Shown: in pieces, positions 37,933-47,230 of the stretch
How positions within the stretch are numbered: the stretch's first letter is position 1
How the letters are laid out: each line of letters starts with the position of its first letter
Virus record (IMG/VR): IMGVR_UViG_2917802685_000001
Coordinates: 90,159 to 154,158 of that record
Source: a virus
Lineage: Duplodnaviria > Caudoviricetes
Reading direction: 5' to 3' (one strand)
Length of the DNA stretch: 64,000 nt
Notes under the pieces: generated by a model
Seen by the model: the letters and a program-made list of their open reading frames with translations, nothing else
The model's database searches: none
What the model was told of the DNA's origin: nothing
Translations under genes and position numbers: made by a program

Positions 37933-40900
37933 CGTTCACGCTGGTTCCGGTCACGCGGACCTACACCGACGGCTCGGGCAATCCCCGCAGCGGCACGGTT
38001 CGGCTGCAGCTCGTCGGCGTGCTCACCAACGACGGGGAGATCGCCGACCGGCGGCCGTACACGGCCACGCTCAACGGCCAGGGGGCCATATCCCTGAGCG
38101 TCCAGGCCACCAACGACCCCGACACACTCCCGGTCGGCGGCGGCACCTACGAGGTGACCGAGACGCTGTCCGGGCTGGCCACGGCCACCTACTTCATCGC
38201 CGTGCCGTACGACGGCGGGACGGTCAACCTGGCCACCGCGCCCCGGCTGGCCGAGGCCCTCGCGCCGGGCATCTTCTTCCAGCCCGTCAACCAGCGCGGC
38301 CTGCCCAACGGCTACGCGGGCCTCGACGGCTCCGGCCGCGTCCCCCTGGAACAGCTGCCCGCCAACCTCGGCACCGGCGGCGGGAGCGCCACGCCGATCA
38401 GCGGCGACAACACCGACATCCAGGCCCTGGGTACCCGGGCGGCCGGGGCCAGCGGCAAGGCGGCCGACGCCCAGCACGTCCACCAGATGCCGCTGCTGCA
38501 CCAGGTGGGACTGCCGACTGCCAGCATCCCCCTGAACGGCCAGCGCATCACCGGCGCGGCCAACGGCGTGAACCCGCAGGACTACGCCACCGTCGCCCAG
38601 CTCGGCGGCTCCGCGCTGGCCTGGTTCAACGTCAAGGACCTGGTGTACGGCGCCAAGGGCGACGGGACGACCGACGACACGGCCGCCATCCAGGCCGCCA
38701 TCAACGCCTGCCCCTCCGGAGGCATCGTCTACCTGCCCGCAGGCGTCTACCGCACCTCAGCCACCCTGAAGCCGAAGCCGGGCGTGGTCCTGCAGGGCGT
38801 GCACGCCAGCCTGATGTCCGGACCGGGCCTGACCGACCCGCCGTCCTACATCCAGCCGCTGGCCTCCTTCACGGGCACCGCGCTGCTCACTTACCAGGAC
38901 CAGGCCACCGGCGGCTATTCCAGCCTGGCGGCCGAGCACCAGCTGAACGACATCATGCTCGACGGCTCGACGCTGGACGGCACCAAGCCGGTCGACGGCA
39001 TCTACGCCGCCGGGAATGTCCAGAACGTTGTCATGCGTAACGTGACGATCCGGAAGATGTCCAACAACGGCATCGTCACCGCCGGGGTCAGCAACGTCTT
39101 CCCGTACTCCTGGCGCCTGCACCAGGTCATGGTCGACAACTGCCGTGGCAACGGCATGATGCTCAACCGGATGACCGACATCACCCTGGACGACTGCCAG
39201 GTAATCGGCTGCTGGGCGACCGGCTTCATCCTCAACAACATCGCCAACTCCACCATCATTGCCTGCCGCGCGGAGTGGAACGGCAACTACGGCTTCTACG
39301 TCACCGGCTCCTGGGGCAACGGCGCGGGCTCCGGCGGCGCCGTCATGTCCGCCTGCAGCACGGACCGCAACGGCTGGGACGGCGTGCGCGTGGACGCCAC
39401 CGGCAACGGCCCGCTGACCATCGGCGAGCTGGTCACCCGCCGCGACGGCCGCAACGGCGGCTCCGGCGGCGGGAACTATGCGGGCCTGTCCCTGGTCGGC
39501 TCCACCATGCCGGTCGTGGTCAGCGGACTGACCTGCTACCCGGGCGTGGACGACAACGGCAGCGGCACCAACTCGCCCCAGTACGGCGTCCGCCTGTCCG
39601 GCGCCTCCAACGTCCAGCTCGACATCGCCTACCTCCACGCCGACACGCAGGGCCTGTACGACGACGGCACCAACACGGCCGTCACGATCGGCGCCACCGT
39701 CACCACGGCGACCGGCCCGACCACCGCGCCCGTGCGCGCGGCCCGGCCCTCGCTCGCGGTGGACTGGCTGAACGTCAAGAAGTACAACGCCAAGGGCGAC
39801 GGCACCACCGACGACGCCCCGGCGATCCAGGCCGCCATCAACGCAGCCAGCGCGGCCGGGGGCGGCACGCTGTACTTCCCGGCTGGCCGCTACATCCTGA
39901 ACGCTGCACTCACCTGGGCCAGCGGCGTCAACGCGATCGGCGCGGGCGCCCGCGTGTCCATCCTGCAGTCGACCAACCAGACCCTGGACTGCATCACCGG
40001 CACCGACATCAGCGGCGTCACCCTGCAGGCGCTGCAGCTGTCCGGCCCCGGGCGCGGCTACGGCTCCGGTGTGCGCTTCACCCGCTTCTCCGCGCCGTCG
40101 ACCTCGAACATCAGCCTGCGGGACATGCTCATCCAGTCCTTCGGCGGCGACGGCGTCTTCTGCCACGAGCTGACCGCCAGCACGCTGCACCGCGTGCGGG
40201 TGCGGACCTGCGGCGGCCTCGGCTTCCACCTGCGCTCCCCGCAGGACACCGTCCTGGGTGGCACCTCGACGTCGCTGATCTCATGCTCCGCCGAGGGCAA
40301 CGTCACCGGCGGCTTCTGGCTCGACGGCATGGCCTACACGACCCTGAGCGCCTGCTCCGCCTCCAACACCCCGGCCGGGTACCGGCTGGACAACTGCCTG
40401 GCCGTGAGCCTCAGCGGCTCCGGCGCCGAGCAGTGCACCACCGGCCTGATCATCTACGGCGGCAACGGCACGGTAGTCACGGGCTTCTACACCGAGGCTT
40501 CCGACGGCACGAGCGTCTGGCTCACCAACGCCACCTCCGGCGTGATCCTGGCGGGCGTCGTGGAGGCGTCGCCCGGCTCCGGAGCCACCACCTGCCTCAA
40601 GGCGGACGCGGGCACATACGGCACCGCGCTGGGCCTGATCGCGGTCAAGCCGAACGCCCTGAACGGCACCGTCAACCTCCTCGGCCAGGGCGACGGCTCG
40701 GTCACCCTCGCCGGGCGCACCGTCATCCCCACGACCGGCCCCGGCGCCCGCATGGGCACGGCCGTCCTCGTCGGCGGCACGGTCACCGTGAACACCACGG
40801 CGATCGGGGCGGGCAGCGTCGTCATGCTGACCACCCAGACCCCGGGCGGCACGGTCGGCACCCCGTACGTCTCCGCGCGGACGGCGGGCACTTCCTTCGC

Positions 40901-40964
40901 CATCACCTCGACGTCGGCCAGCGACACCTCGACTGTCGGCTGGCGCATCCTCGACCCGTCCTGA
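37929..40964 (+). CDS. Fiber/spike protein with two tandem pectate-lyase-like beta-helix domains
   Basis: Two W(F/L)NVK..AKGDGTTDD..AIQAAINA...(L/F)PAG.Y starts followed by parallel beta-helix repeats. Confidence 0.85.
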   Translation: MTFTLVPVTRTYTDGSGNPRSGTVRLQLVGVLTNDGEIADRRPYTATLNGQGAISLSVQATNDPDTLPVGGGTYEVTETLSGLATATYFIAVPYDGGTVNLATAPRLAEALAPGIFFQPVNQRGLPNGYAGLDGSGRVPLEQLPANLGTGGGSATPISGDNTDIQALGTRAAGASGKAADAQHVHQMPLLHQVGLPTASIPLNGQRITGAANGVNPQDYATVAQLGGSALAWFNVKDLVYGAKGDGTTDDTAAIQAAINACPSGGIVYLPAGVYRTSATLKPKPGVVLQGVHASLMSGPGLTDPPSYIQPLASFTGTALLTYQDQATGGYSSLAAEHQLNDIMLDGSTLDGTKPVDGIYAAGNVQNVVMRNVTIRKMSNNGIVTAGVSNVFPYSWRLHQVMVDNCRGNGMMLNRMTDITLDDCQVIGCWATGFILNNIANSTIIACRAEWNGNYGFYVTGSWGNGAGSGGAVMSACSTDRNGWDGVRVDATGNGPLTIGELVTRRDGRNGGSGGGNYAGLSLVGSTMPVVVSGLTCYPGVDDNGSGTNSPQYGVRLSGASNVQLDIAYLHADTQGLYDDGTNTAVTIGATVTTATGPTTAPVRAARPSLAVDWLNVKKYNAKGDGTTDDAPAIQAAINAASAAGGGTLYFPAGRYILNAALTWASGVNAIGAGARVSILQSTNQTLDCITGTDISGVTLQALQLSGPGRGYGSGVRFTRFSAPSTSNISLRDMLIQSFGGDGVFCHELTASTLHRVRVRTCGGLGFHLRSPQDTVLGGTSTSLISCSAEGNVTGGFWLDGMAYTTLSACSASNTPAGYRLDNCLAVSLSGSGAEQCTTGLIIYGGNGTVVTGFYTEASDGTSVWLTNATSGVILAGVVEASPGSGATTCLKADAGTYGTALGLIAVKPNALNGTVNLLGQGDGSVTLAGRTVIPTTGPGARMGTAVLVGGTVTVNTTAIGAGSVVMLTTQTPGGTVGTPYVSARTAGTSFAITSTSASDTSTVGWRILDPS

Positions 40965-40978
40965 CCCCTGGAGCCCCC

Positions 40979-41776
40979 GTGGTAGCCGCAATCGCGCCCC
41001 AGACGCTGTTCGAACTCGGGCAGCAGGAAGCCGCCATCAAGTACCAGGAGGACTATGTCTCCAACACCTGGTCAAACCTGAACAAGTACGCCAAAGAGAC
41101 GCCCGGGATGGCCGAGTTCGACGGCCAGTCCTGGTGCGTCATCTTCCTGCTGTGGCTGGCCTACCGGGCCGGTGACGTCAGCATCATCCCCAACAGCCCC
41201 GACTGCCTGGAGGTCATCAACACCTACCAGTCCTGGAACCGGTGGAGCTGGTACCCGGCGGTCGGCGCGCAGGTCATGCTGGGCACCAACGGCGGTGACC
41301 ACACCGGCCTGGTGTACGCCTACAACTCCACTCAGATCTGGACGATAGAAGGCAATTCAAACACCACCGGTGCGGCCGAGGGCGACGGCGTCTACCTGCG
41401 GGTGCGCAACCGCTCCGACACCAACGTCTACGGCTACGGCTACCCGAAGTACTGCAGCCCGATGGTGACCGCCGACCCGGGCTGGGTCGACGACGGCACG
41501 CTGCTCAAGACGTCCTCCGGCACGGCAGCGGCGTACGCGCCGTACCCGGGCGCCGACTGGTTCGACATCGGCCGGACGTCGCCGCTCGTCCTCGCTGCAG
41601 CCCAGCGCCTCGTCGCGGTCGGCGCAGGCACCTTCACGCCGACCGCCGACATCGGCTCCGGCGACCTCACCGCGTGGGGCAACTGGCACGTGACGTGCGG
41701 CTCTCCGGGCGGCGCTTACACCGGCGTGCCCAACGAGACCATCTGGCGGGCCCTTCAGGTACCTCACAGCCACTGA
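40979..41776 (+). CDS. CHAP-family peptidoglycan hydrolase with C-terminal PG-binding domain (lysin 1)
   Basis: SWCVIF, GDHTGLV, TIEGNS; GTG start after GGAG. Confidence 0.8.
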   Translation: MVAAIAPQTLFELGQQEAAIKYQEDYVSNTWSNLNKYAKETPGMAEFDGQSWCVIFLLWLAYRAGDVSIIPNSPDCLEVINTYQSWNRWSWYPAVGAQVMLGTNGGDHTGLVYAYNSTQIWTIEGNSNTTGAAEGDGVYLRVRNRSDTNVYGYGYPKYCSPMVTADPGWVDDGTLLKTSSGTAAAYAPYPGADWFDIGRTSPLVLAAAQRLVAVGAGTFTPTADIGSGDLTAWGNWHVTCGSPGGAYTGVPNETIWRALQVPHSH

Positions 41777-41779
41777 TTG

Positions 41780-41813
41780 CTGTCTCGGTCGCGGGTTCCA
41801 ACCGAAGGGGTGA
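41780..41813 (+). promoter_or_regulatory. Late promoter motif
   Basis: CTGTC-N20-AAGGGGTGA. Confidence 0.75.
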
Positions 41814-41840
41814 GATCTCACCACCCTCCGGGAGGAACCC

Positions 41841-42716
41841 GTGACCGATTCGACCCCCGACTGGCGCCGCGTCGTCGACCACGTCCAGTCCATACCCGAG
41901 AAGATCTACGAGACCTGGAACAGCCGCGACGGCTGGGACAACCACACCATCTTCGGCAAGGAATACGGCTGGGACGGTGTGGCCTGGTGCTGCATCTTCG
42001 ACTGGGACATGTACCACGACGTCCAGCTCGACGCGATCGTCCCCAAGACGGCCTCCGTCGCGGGCATGACCGCCTGGGCCAAGCAGAAGGGCCAGTTCAG
42101 CGAGTACCCGTCCGTCGGCGCCTGGGTCAACTTCTCCAACGGCGCCCACACCGAGCTGGTGGTCGGCTTCGACGAGACGTGGGTGTACACCAAGGGCGGC
42201 AACTCGATCCAGACCGGGTCCGAGGACAACGGCCAGGGCAACGGCGTCTGGTCCCACGTCACCGCCCGCCGCGCCACCAAGGTCGTCGGCTACTTCGCCC
42301 CGCACTTCCCCGACGGCGTCTGCCCGCCCACGGCCGACCCCGCCGACCCGCGCGGCGGCAAGGCGGTCGCCTCCTGGCGCTGGTCGGCCCCGGTCGTTCC
42401 CAAGCCGCCGACTCCGCCCGCGCCGAGCAAGCCGACTCCGTCCAAGCCGACGCTCCCGGCCTTCCCCGGCCGCGAGTACTTCAGGCTCGGCGCGAAGAAC
42501 AAGTACGCCCTGCAGCTGCAGAAGTGGCTGGACAAGGGCAACTGGGGCCCGAAGTACGTAGTCGGCCCGTCCGACACCATGACCCAGACCGACCTGAAGA
42601 AGGTCAAGGCGCTGCAGGCGCACTACCTGTCGGCGCTCGGCCCGGCCGACGGCCTGTGCGGCCCGAAGACCTGGCAGTACGCCTTCGAGGTCGCGAACGG
42701 CCTGCGCAAGAAGTAG
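41841..42716 (+). CDS. CHAP-like endolysin with PG-binding domain (lysin 2)
   Basis: AWCCIF, AHTELV, TKGGNS; Pro linker; PAFPG..FRLG..LQKWL. Confidence 0.8.
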   Translation: MTDSTPDWRRVVDHVQSIPEKIYETWNSRDGWDNHTIFGKEYGWDGVAWCCIFDWDMYHDVQLDAIVPKTASVAGMTAWAKQKGQFSEYPSVGAWVNFSNGAHTELVVGFDETWVYTKGGNSIQTGSEDNGQGNGVWSHVTARRATKVVGYFAPHFPDGVCPPTADPADPRGGKAVASWRWSAPVVPKPPTPPAPSKPTPSKPTLPAFPGREYFRLGAKNKYALQLQKWLDKGNWGPKYVVGPSDTMTQTDLKKVKALQAHYLSALGPADGLCGPKTWQYAFEVANGLRKK

Positions 42717-42736
42717 CAGGCAGAACGCACACGGTG

Positions 42737-42770
42737 AGGCCCGGATTGCGATCGTCCGCAATCCGGGCCT
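42737..42770 (+). terminator. Stem-loop terminator
   Basis: 14-bp perfect stem AGGCCCGGATTGCG. Confidence 0.8.
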
Positions 42771-42775
42771 TCGCC

Positions 42776-42811
42776 CTGTCTGGACCACTGGGTACTGCCG
42801 CCAAGGGGTGA
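42776..42811 (+). promoter_or_regulatory. Late promoter motif
   Basis: CTGTC-N22-AAGGGGTGA. Confidence 0.75.
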
Positions 42812-42845
42812 AGACCACCACCACCCCCACCAAGGAGTTACGCGC

Positions 42846-43145
42846 ATGGCCCAGACGGAAAGCCCCGAGAACGTTGGGCAGTTGTGGCGGCTGATCGAGC
42901 GCGAACTCACTGATGTGAAGAGCCGCCTGGACAGCTACGTCACCAAGGACCAGTTCGACGCGGAGAGGCGGCTCCTGGAGGCCCGGATCTCCACGGCGGA
43001 GGACCAACTGAAGGCGCTGAAGCGCGAGGTCAGTGACGACCGGTCCTCGCGTCACCAAAGCCGCCGCGAGTTCGTCTACAAGGGCATCATCCCAGTCCTG
43101 GCCCTCGCGATAGCCGCCGTCTCCCTGCTCAGCGCCTTCCGCTGA
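42846..43145 (+). CDS. Coiled-coil protein with C-terminal TM helix (lysis accessory)
   Basis: Heptads then GIIPVLALAIAAVSLL; adjacent to lysins. Confidence 0.75.
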   Translation: MAQTESPENVGQLWRLIERELTDVKSRLDSYVTKDQFDAERRLLEARISTAEDQLKALKREVSDDRSSRHQSRREFVYKGIIPVLALAIAAVSLLSAFR

Positions 43146-43155
43146 AGCGCCCTTG

Positions 43156-43190
43156 CTGTCGCCACACCGGCGGCGACCCCCAAGAGCTGA
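43156..43190 (+). promoter_or_regulatory. Late promoter motif (variant)
   Basis: CTGTC-N21-AAGAGCTGA. Confidence 0.6.
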
Positions 43191-43218
43191 AGGGTTTCGG
43201 TCGTTGAGGGAGGCGCCG

Positions 43219-45471
43219 GTGGGCGGCAAGTTCGAGCGCGGCGAGCGCCTGGAGCACCAGACCCTGGGCGTGCAGCGTCTCGCGGTGCGCTCTGAGGACT
43301 ACTGGGAGTACAAGCCCGAGCAGCGCGTACAGACGATCGACGGTGTCACCGGCGTCGTCAAGCACGTCGAGGACGGCCCCTTCCCCGGCTCCGAGGAGTA
43401 CGAGGTCGTCCTGGACCGAGGTCTGGGCGGCGGCCGGTACACGGCCTCTCAGCTCAGCCCGGCGCCGATCACTGCCGAGGCCATGGAGCAGACGGCGGCC
43501 GTCGACTACCCGGAGCTGTCCCAGATCCTCGTCGAGCGCCCGGACCCGGCCCGCCAGTTCGTCACGGCGGGCAAGAACCCCTTCGCCGACAAGGACGACT
43601 CCGACGACTCCGGCGACGAGCCGGACGACGACTCGGAGGACTCGGGAGGTGACGACGACTCCGACGAGGACGACTCAAAGGACTCGGACGACTCCAGCGA
43701 CGAATCGGATGACGACGGCGACGACAACACGCCGCCGTGGGCCAAGAAGGCGTCCTCCCTCTTCTCCGACCTGGTCGTGACGGCCGCCGCCGACGCTGAC
43801 TTCCGCTTCCACATCACGGCCGCCTGGCGCGACGTGGTGGCCAAGGCCAAGCGGCTGCGTGCCGAGGGCCGCCTGCGCGTCACCCTCGCCTCCGACGGCT
43901 ACGTGTTCGCCGAGGTCAAGGGCGACCACCACGTCTACGAGACCGGCCTGCAGCGCATGCCGGGCAAGGTGGCCGCGCACTCCTGGTCCTGCGGCTGCAA
44001 GTGGGGTGCCTACCACTGGGGCGCCGACGACGACTTCTCCCGGTTCGCCGGGCGCATGTGCTCCCACGCGCTGGCCCTGCAGTACGAGGCCCAGTCCCGG
44101 GGGATGTTCGGCCGCGACGTCCACACGGACGAGCACAAGCCCACCTGGGTGCCGCGCCACGTCGTCGTCCGCTACGACATCGACGCCGACACCAACCGGC
44201 TGGCACCGTCCACGGCCGCCGTCCGGTCGAGCGAGCTTGGCGTCCCGCTGTCCTTCGTCGCGCGCGCGGCCGTGGCCGCAGGCGAGGACACTCAGGAAAT
44301 GCTGCTGGCGCTGGCTGCCGCCGGAATCAAGCCCATGCCGGGCCAGGGCGAGTTGTTCGACTCCAGCCCATACCAGACCCAGGCGCCGCAGCCGCAGCGC
44401 CAGCAGAAGGCGCCCGCCATCTGCGAGGACTGCGGAGAGCCGCGCGACCGCAACCACGCCAGTGCACACGCCGAGTACATGAGGCAGTTCGACAAGAGCC
44501 ACACGGACTGGGGCGAGCACTACCACAACGTCTCGCACACCATCCACCGGGGCATGGCGCTGGACCTGCCGGACGACGTGCACAAGGTCGTCCACGACCA
44601 CGAGAGGCCGATCCAGGAGCGCGCGACGGCGCTGGCCAAGCACATCACTGGCAACGGGCAGGGGCTGGGCTCGTTCTACTCAGACGACCTGAACGTCTCC
44701 CGGAACTACGCCTCGACGACCCGCACGGGGTCGGACAAGCACACACCCGTGGTGGTGCACGTGGCCAAGCCGGGCCGCCGGAACATCATCACGAACAAGG
44801 ACGAGCTGCAGGACAAGGGCGTGTACTCGTACACCGACCCGGGCAGCTCCGAAATCCCGCTCAAAGACGGATCCCCGGTGAAGATCACCGGCGTGTCCTG
44901 GGCCGCGCCGAAGAGCGCGCACGCATCGTCGCCGTCACAGGACTGGACCCGGCACGACTTCCCCCAGCCGCACCGGCACACCGCCAACGCCGACGCGCCG
45001 TTCGGGGAGCCGTCGGGGACGTCGTACCTGCTGCCGAAGACACCCGGCGCGACGGCGCCGAAGAAGCCGTGGGAGAACCCGGCGTCGGCCGGGCCGCTCG
45101 CAGGCGGGGACCCGGCGGGCTGGAACCGGCAGCTGCCGCTGCAGTCGTACGCCCACGGCGGCCTGGAAGCGGCGCTGTTCGAGCCCGGCGGTACGGAGGC
45201 GGAGCTGCACGACGAGCCGGAGGGCGCGCTGCCCTCGACGGACGGGGCGGTGCCGACAGACGAGGCGTCGGACCTGACGCCGTCGATGACGGCGGGCCTG
45301 CGCAGGCAGGCCCTCAAGGACTTCACCCTCGCCGAGCAGCAGGCGCTGATCAACGAGGGTGAGGGCGTCCGGGCGGCGAACCTCGACCGCCTGGACATCA
45401 AGGGGACTCACTACGCCGACCTGGAGCACGTCCTGGCGGCACAGGAGGATGACACCACATGGCTGGACTGA
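43219..45471 (+). CDS. Head polyprotein: SH3-like + acidic linker + SWIM Zn finger + ADP-ribosyltransferase-like domain
   Basis: GGAGG + GTG; WSCGC...MCSH (SWIM); IHRG...GSFYS...SEIPL (R-S-E-like). Confidence 0.75.
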   Translation: MGGKFERGERLEHQTLGVQRLAVRSEDYWEYKPEQRVQTIDGVTGVVKHVEDGPFPGSEEYEVVLDRGLGGGRYTASQLSPAPITAEAMEQTAAVDYPELSQILVERPDPARQFVTAGKNPFADKDDSDDSGDEPDDDSEDSGGDDDSDEDDSKDSDDSSDESDDDGDDNTPPWAKKASSLFSDLVVTAAADADFRFHITAAWRDVVAKAKRLRAEGRLRVTLASDGYVFAEVKGDHHVYETGLQRMPGKVAAHSWSCGCKWGAYHWGADDDFSRFAGRMCSHALALQYEAQSRGMFGRDVHTDEHKPTWVPRHVVVRYDIDADTNRLAPSTAAVRSSELGVPLSFVARAAVAAGEDTQEMLLALAAAGIKPMPGQGELFDSSPYQTQAPQPQRQQKAPAICEDCGEPRDRNHASAHAEYMRQFDKSHTDWGEHYHNVSHTIHRGMALDLPDDVHKVVHDHERPIQERATALAKHITGNGQGLGSFYSDDLNVSRNYASTTRTGSDKHTPVVVHVAKPGRRNIITNKDELQDKGVYSYTDPGSSEIPLKDGSPVKITGVSWAAPKSAHASSPSQDWTRHDFPQPHRHTANADAPFGEPSGTSYLLPKTPGATAPKKPWENPASAGPLAGGDPAGWNRQLPLQSYAHGGLEAALFEPGGTEAELHDEPEGALPSTDGAVPTDEASDLTPSMTAGLRRQALKDFTLAEQQALINEGEGVRAANLDRLDIKGTHYADLEHVLAAQEDDTTWLD

Positions 45472-45893
45472 TGGCTGACGCTGCTGAGCCGATCCCCGCT
45501 GAGACGGCGGCCGACGGCAGTGACCCGAAGTGCCCCTTCCGGGGCGACAGCCAGCGTTTCACCTGGCCCCGTGACCTGCAGATCGGCCAGCTGCAGGACG
45601 AGGTCACCGAGGCGCTCGGCCCGGACGTCCGGCTCGCGGCCTTCTTCCCGCTCGACGACGAGGGCGAGCCGGTCCCGGTCGGCGCGCAGGCCCCGATCAC
45701 GCTGTACGTCACGCCGTCCTCGGCGGACCTGGCGACGGTGAAGCAGGTGCTGGCCACGCACAGGCCGGACCCGTACTACGGCATGACGGACGAGCAGAAG
45801 GCGCAGGCGCAGCTGCGGGAGAAGATCGCTTCGGGCCAGCCGCTGACTCCGGAGGAGACGACGGCGGCCCTGCAGATGCTGCTCACTGGATGA
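45471..45893 (+). CDS. Hypothetical (virion-associated?) protein
   Basis: TGATG overlap. Confidence 0.75.
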   Translation: MADAAEPIPAETAADGSDPKCPFRGDSQRFTWPRDLQIGQLQDEVTEALGPDVRLAAFFPLDDEGEPVPVGAQAPITLYVTPSSADLATVKQVLATHRPDPYYGMTDEQKAQAQLREKIASGQPLTPEETTAALQMLLTG

Positions 45894-45906
45894 AAAAAAC
45901 TGAAAA

Positions 45907-45944
45907 CCGTTGAGCCGTCTTTCCATTGAAAGGCGGCTCAACGG
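45907..45944. terminator. Bidirectional terminator between convergent genes
   Basis: CCGTTGAGCCGTCTTTC / GAAAGGCGGCTCAACGG; A-tract on the left. Confidence 0.8.
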
Positions 45945-45946
45945 CG

Positions 45947-47215
45947 TTATGCGTGCACGGCCGATGTGAGGCGCCGGTTGATCAGGCCCATCTGCAGCGA
46001 GTTCTTCATGGCGTGCCCGACCGGCAGCAGCTTCGAGGTGGTGGTGAACAGGTCCTCCGTCGCCTGCAGGACGGCCTCACGCTGGTCCTTGAAGGGCTCC
46101 TCGTGGTCCTTCTTGCGCTGGATGGCGGTGTGCAGGAGGTAGGCGGTCACCGCGTACGAAGGCAGGCCGAGTTTGCAAGTGACCGTCTCGGCGCGCCCTC
46201 GCAGGTCGGTGGGCACGTAGGGGGCGAGATGGAGAGAGGCGTCGTGGATCTCCTGGATCCGCTTACGCAGGCGCAGGTCGAGGTGCTTCCAGTTCCAGAA
46301 GTCGTACAGGCGGGCCAGGAGATCGCAGGTGCGGGTGGGGCGCCGGTGGGGGACCTGGTCGTCGTAGATCACCTTGGGGACTGCCCGGGTCAGGGTGAGC
46401 CACAGCGGGCGCAGGTCGTTGATGGCGGCATGGGCCTTGACGAGGTGGTCCACGCGTTCCAGCTTCGGGGCCGCCGCGCCGCCGACGACGAGGAGGATGG
46501 CACTGACGAGGGCAAAGCTGGAGGTGACGTCCACGAACTGGTCGCCGCCGAGGAACGGTTTGTCGAAGAGGCGGACGATCAGGTAGCCAGAGCGCAGGAC
46601 GCCGTAGAACACGCCGATGGAGCAGCCCAGCGACATGGCCTGCATGCCGTACTTGAAGGCGCCCTTGGCTGACGGCTCTCGCGCCGTGGCGGAGCACATC
46701 ATGGAGGTGCAGACCAGGCCGAAGACCAGGTAGGCGTAGAAGAGCAGCATCTGCAGACTGCCCCAGAAGTGCCCGGCCTGGACAAAGATGAAGTCCGAGT
46801 CCTCTTGGCTGCCGGTGCGCCGCTGGGCGAACGGGAAGAGGGCGACCACCGCGACGACGACGAGCCAGCTGACGATGCGCCGGGGGTTGCTGCTGACGAC
46901 CTTCCGGTAGCGGGGCTCGCGTCTGCCTTCCATGCGGCCGGGCACGACGTTGGTGACCCAGCGCAGGAGTCCGGCGACGGCGGCGATCCCGAATATGTGC
47001 TTGGTCAGGGTGGTGATGTCGTCTACGCCGGTGGCCTCGTACAGGAAGTCCCCGACGCTTTGGATCTTCGCCAGCATCGCCAGGTCGAGGGCGAGGAAGA
47101 AGATCCAGAGCGGACGGCTTCGCGAGTTGCGGAGCGCGGCTGGGAAGCGTCGCAGGACTTCCAGGGTCAGGAGGCTGCTCACGATCCAGGCGGGCATGTC
47201 AGGTGTGGCGGTCAC
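45947..47215 (-). CDS. MAB_1171c-family multi-TM protein with C-terminal DUF6545-like domain
   Basis: About 7 TM helices then LRPLWLTL..AVP.V...LRLRKRIQEIHDA.L.L.PY. Confidence 0.8.
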   Translation of the reverse strand: MTATPDMPAWIVSSLLTLEVLRRFPAALRNSRSRPLWIFFLALDLAMLAKIQSVGDFLYEATGVDDITTLTKHIFGIAAVAGLLRWVTNVVPGRMEGRREPRYRKVVSSNPRRIVSWLVVVAVVALFPFAQRRTGSQEDSDFIFVQAGHFWGSLQMLLFYAYLVFGLVCTSMMCSATAREPSAKGAFKYGMQAMSLGCSIGVFYGVLRSGYLIVRLFDKPFLGGDQFVDVTSSFALVSAILLVVGGAAAPKLERVDHLVKAHAAINDLRPLWLTLTRAVPKVIYDDQVPHRRPTRTCDLLARLYDFWNWKHLDLRLRKRIQEIHDASLHLAPYVPTDLRGRAETVTCKLGLPSYAVTAYLLHTAIQRKKDHEEPFKDQREAVLQATEDLFTTTSKLLPVGHAMKNSLQMGLINRRLTSAVHA

Positions 47216-47230
47216 CGTTACTCATCTCGG

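Noticed and set aside
37929-40964. Diversity-generating retroelement TR/VR pair in the spike gene
   Set aside because: The repeat is a short N-terminal beta-helix cap motif, the differences are not adenine-specific, and no reverse transcriptase is present
39275-40978. 833-aa ORF as an N-terminal extension or frameshift product of lysin 1
   Set aside because: The upstream part is an Arg/His-rich off-frame shadow of the spike gene; a real start with RBS exists at 40979
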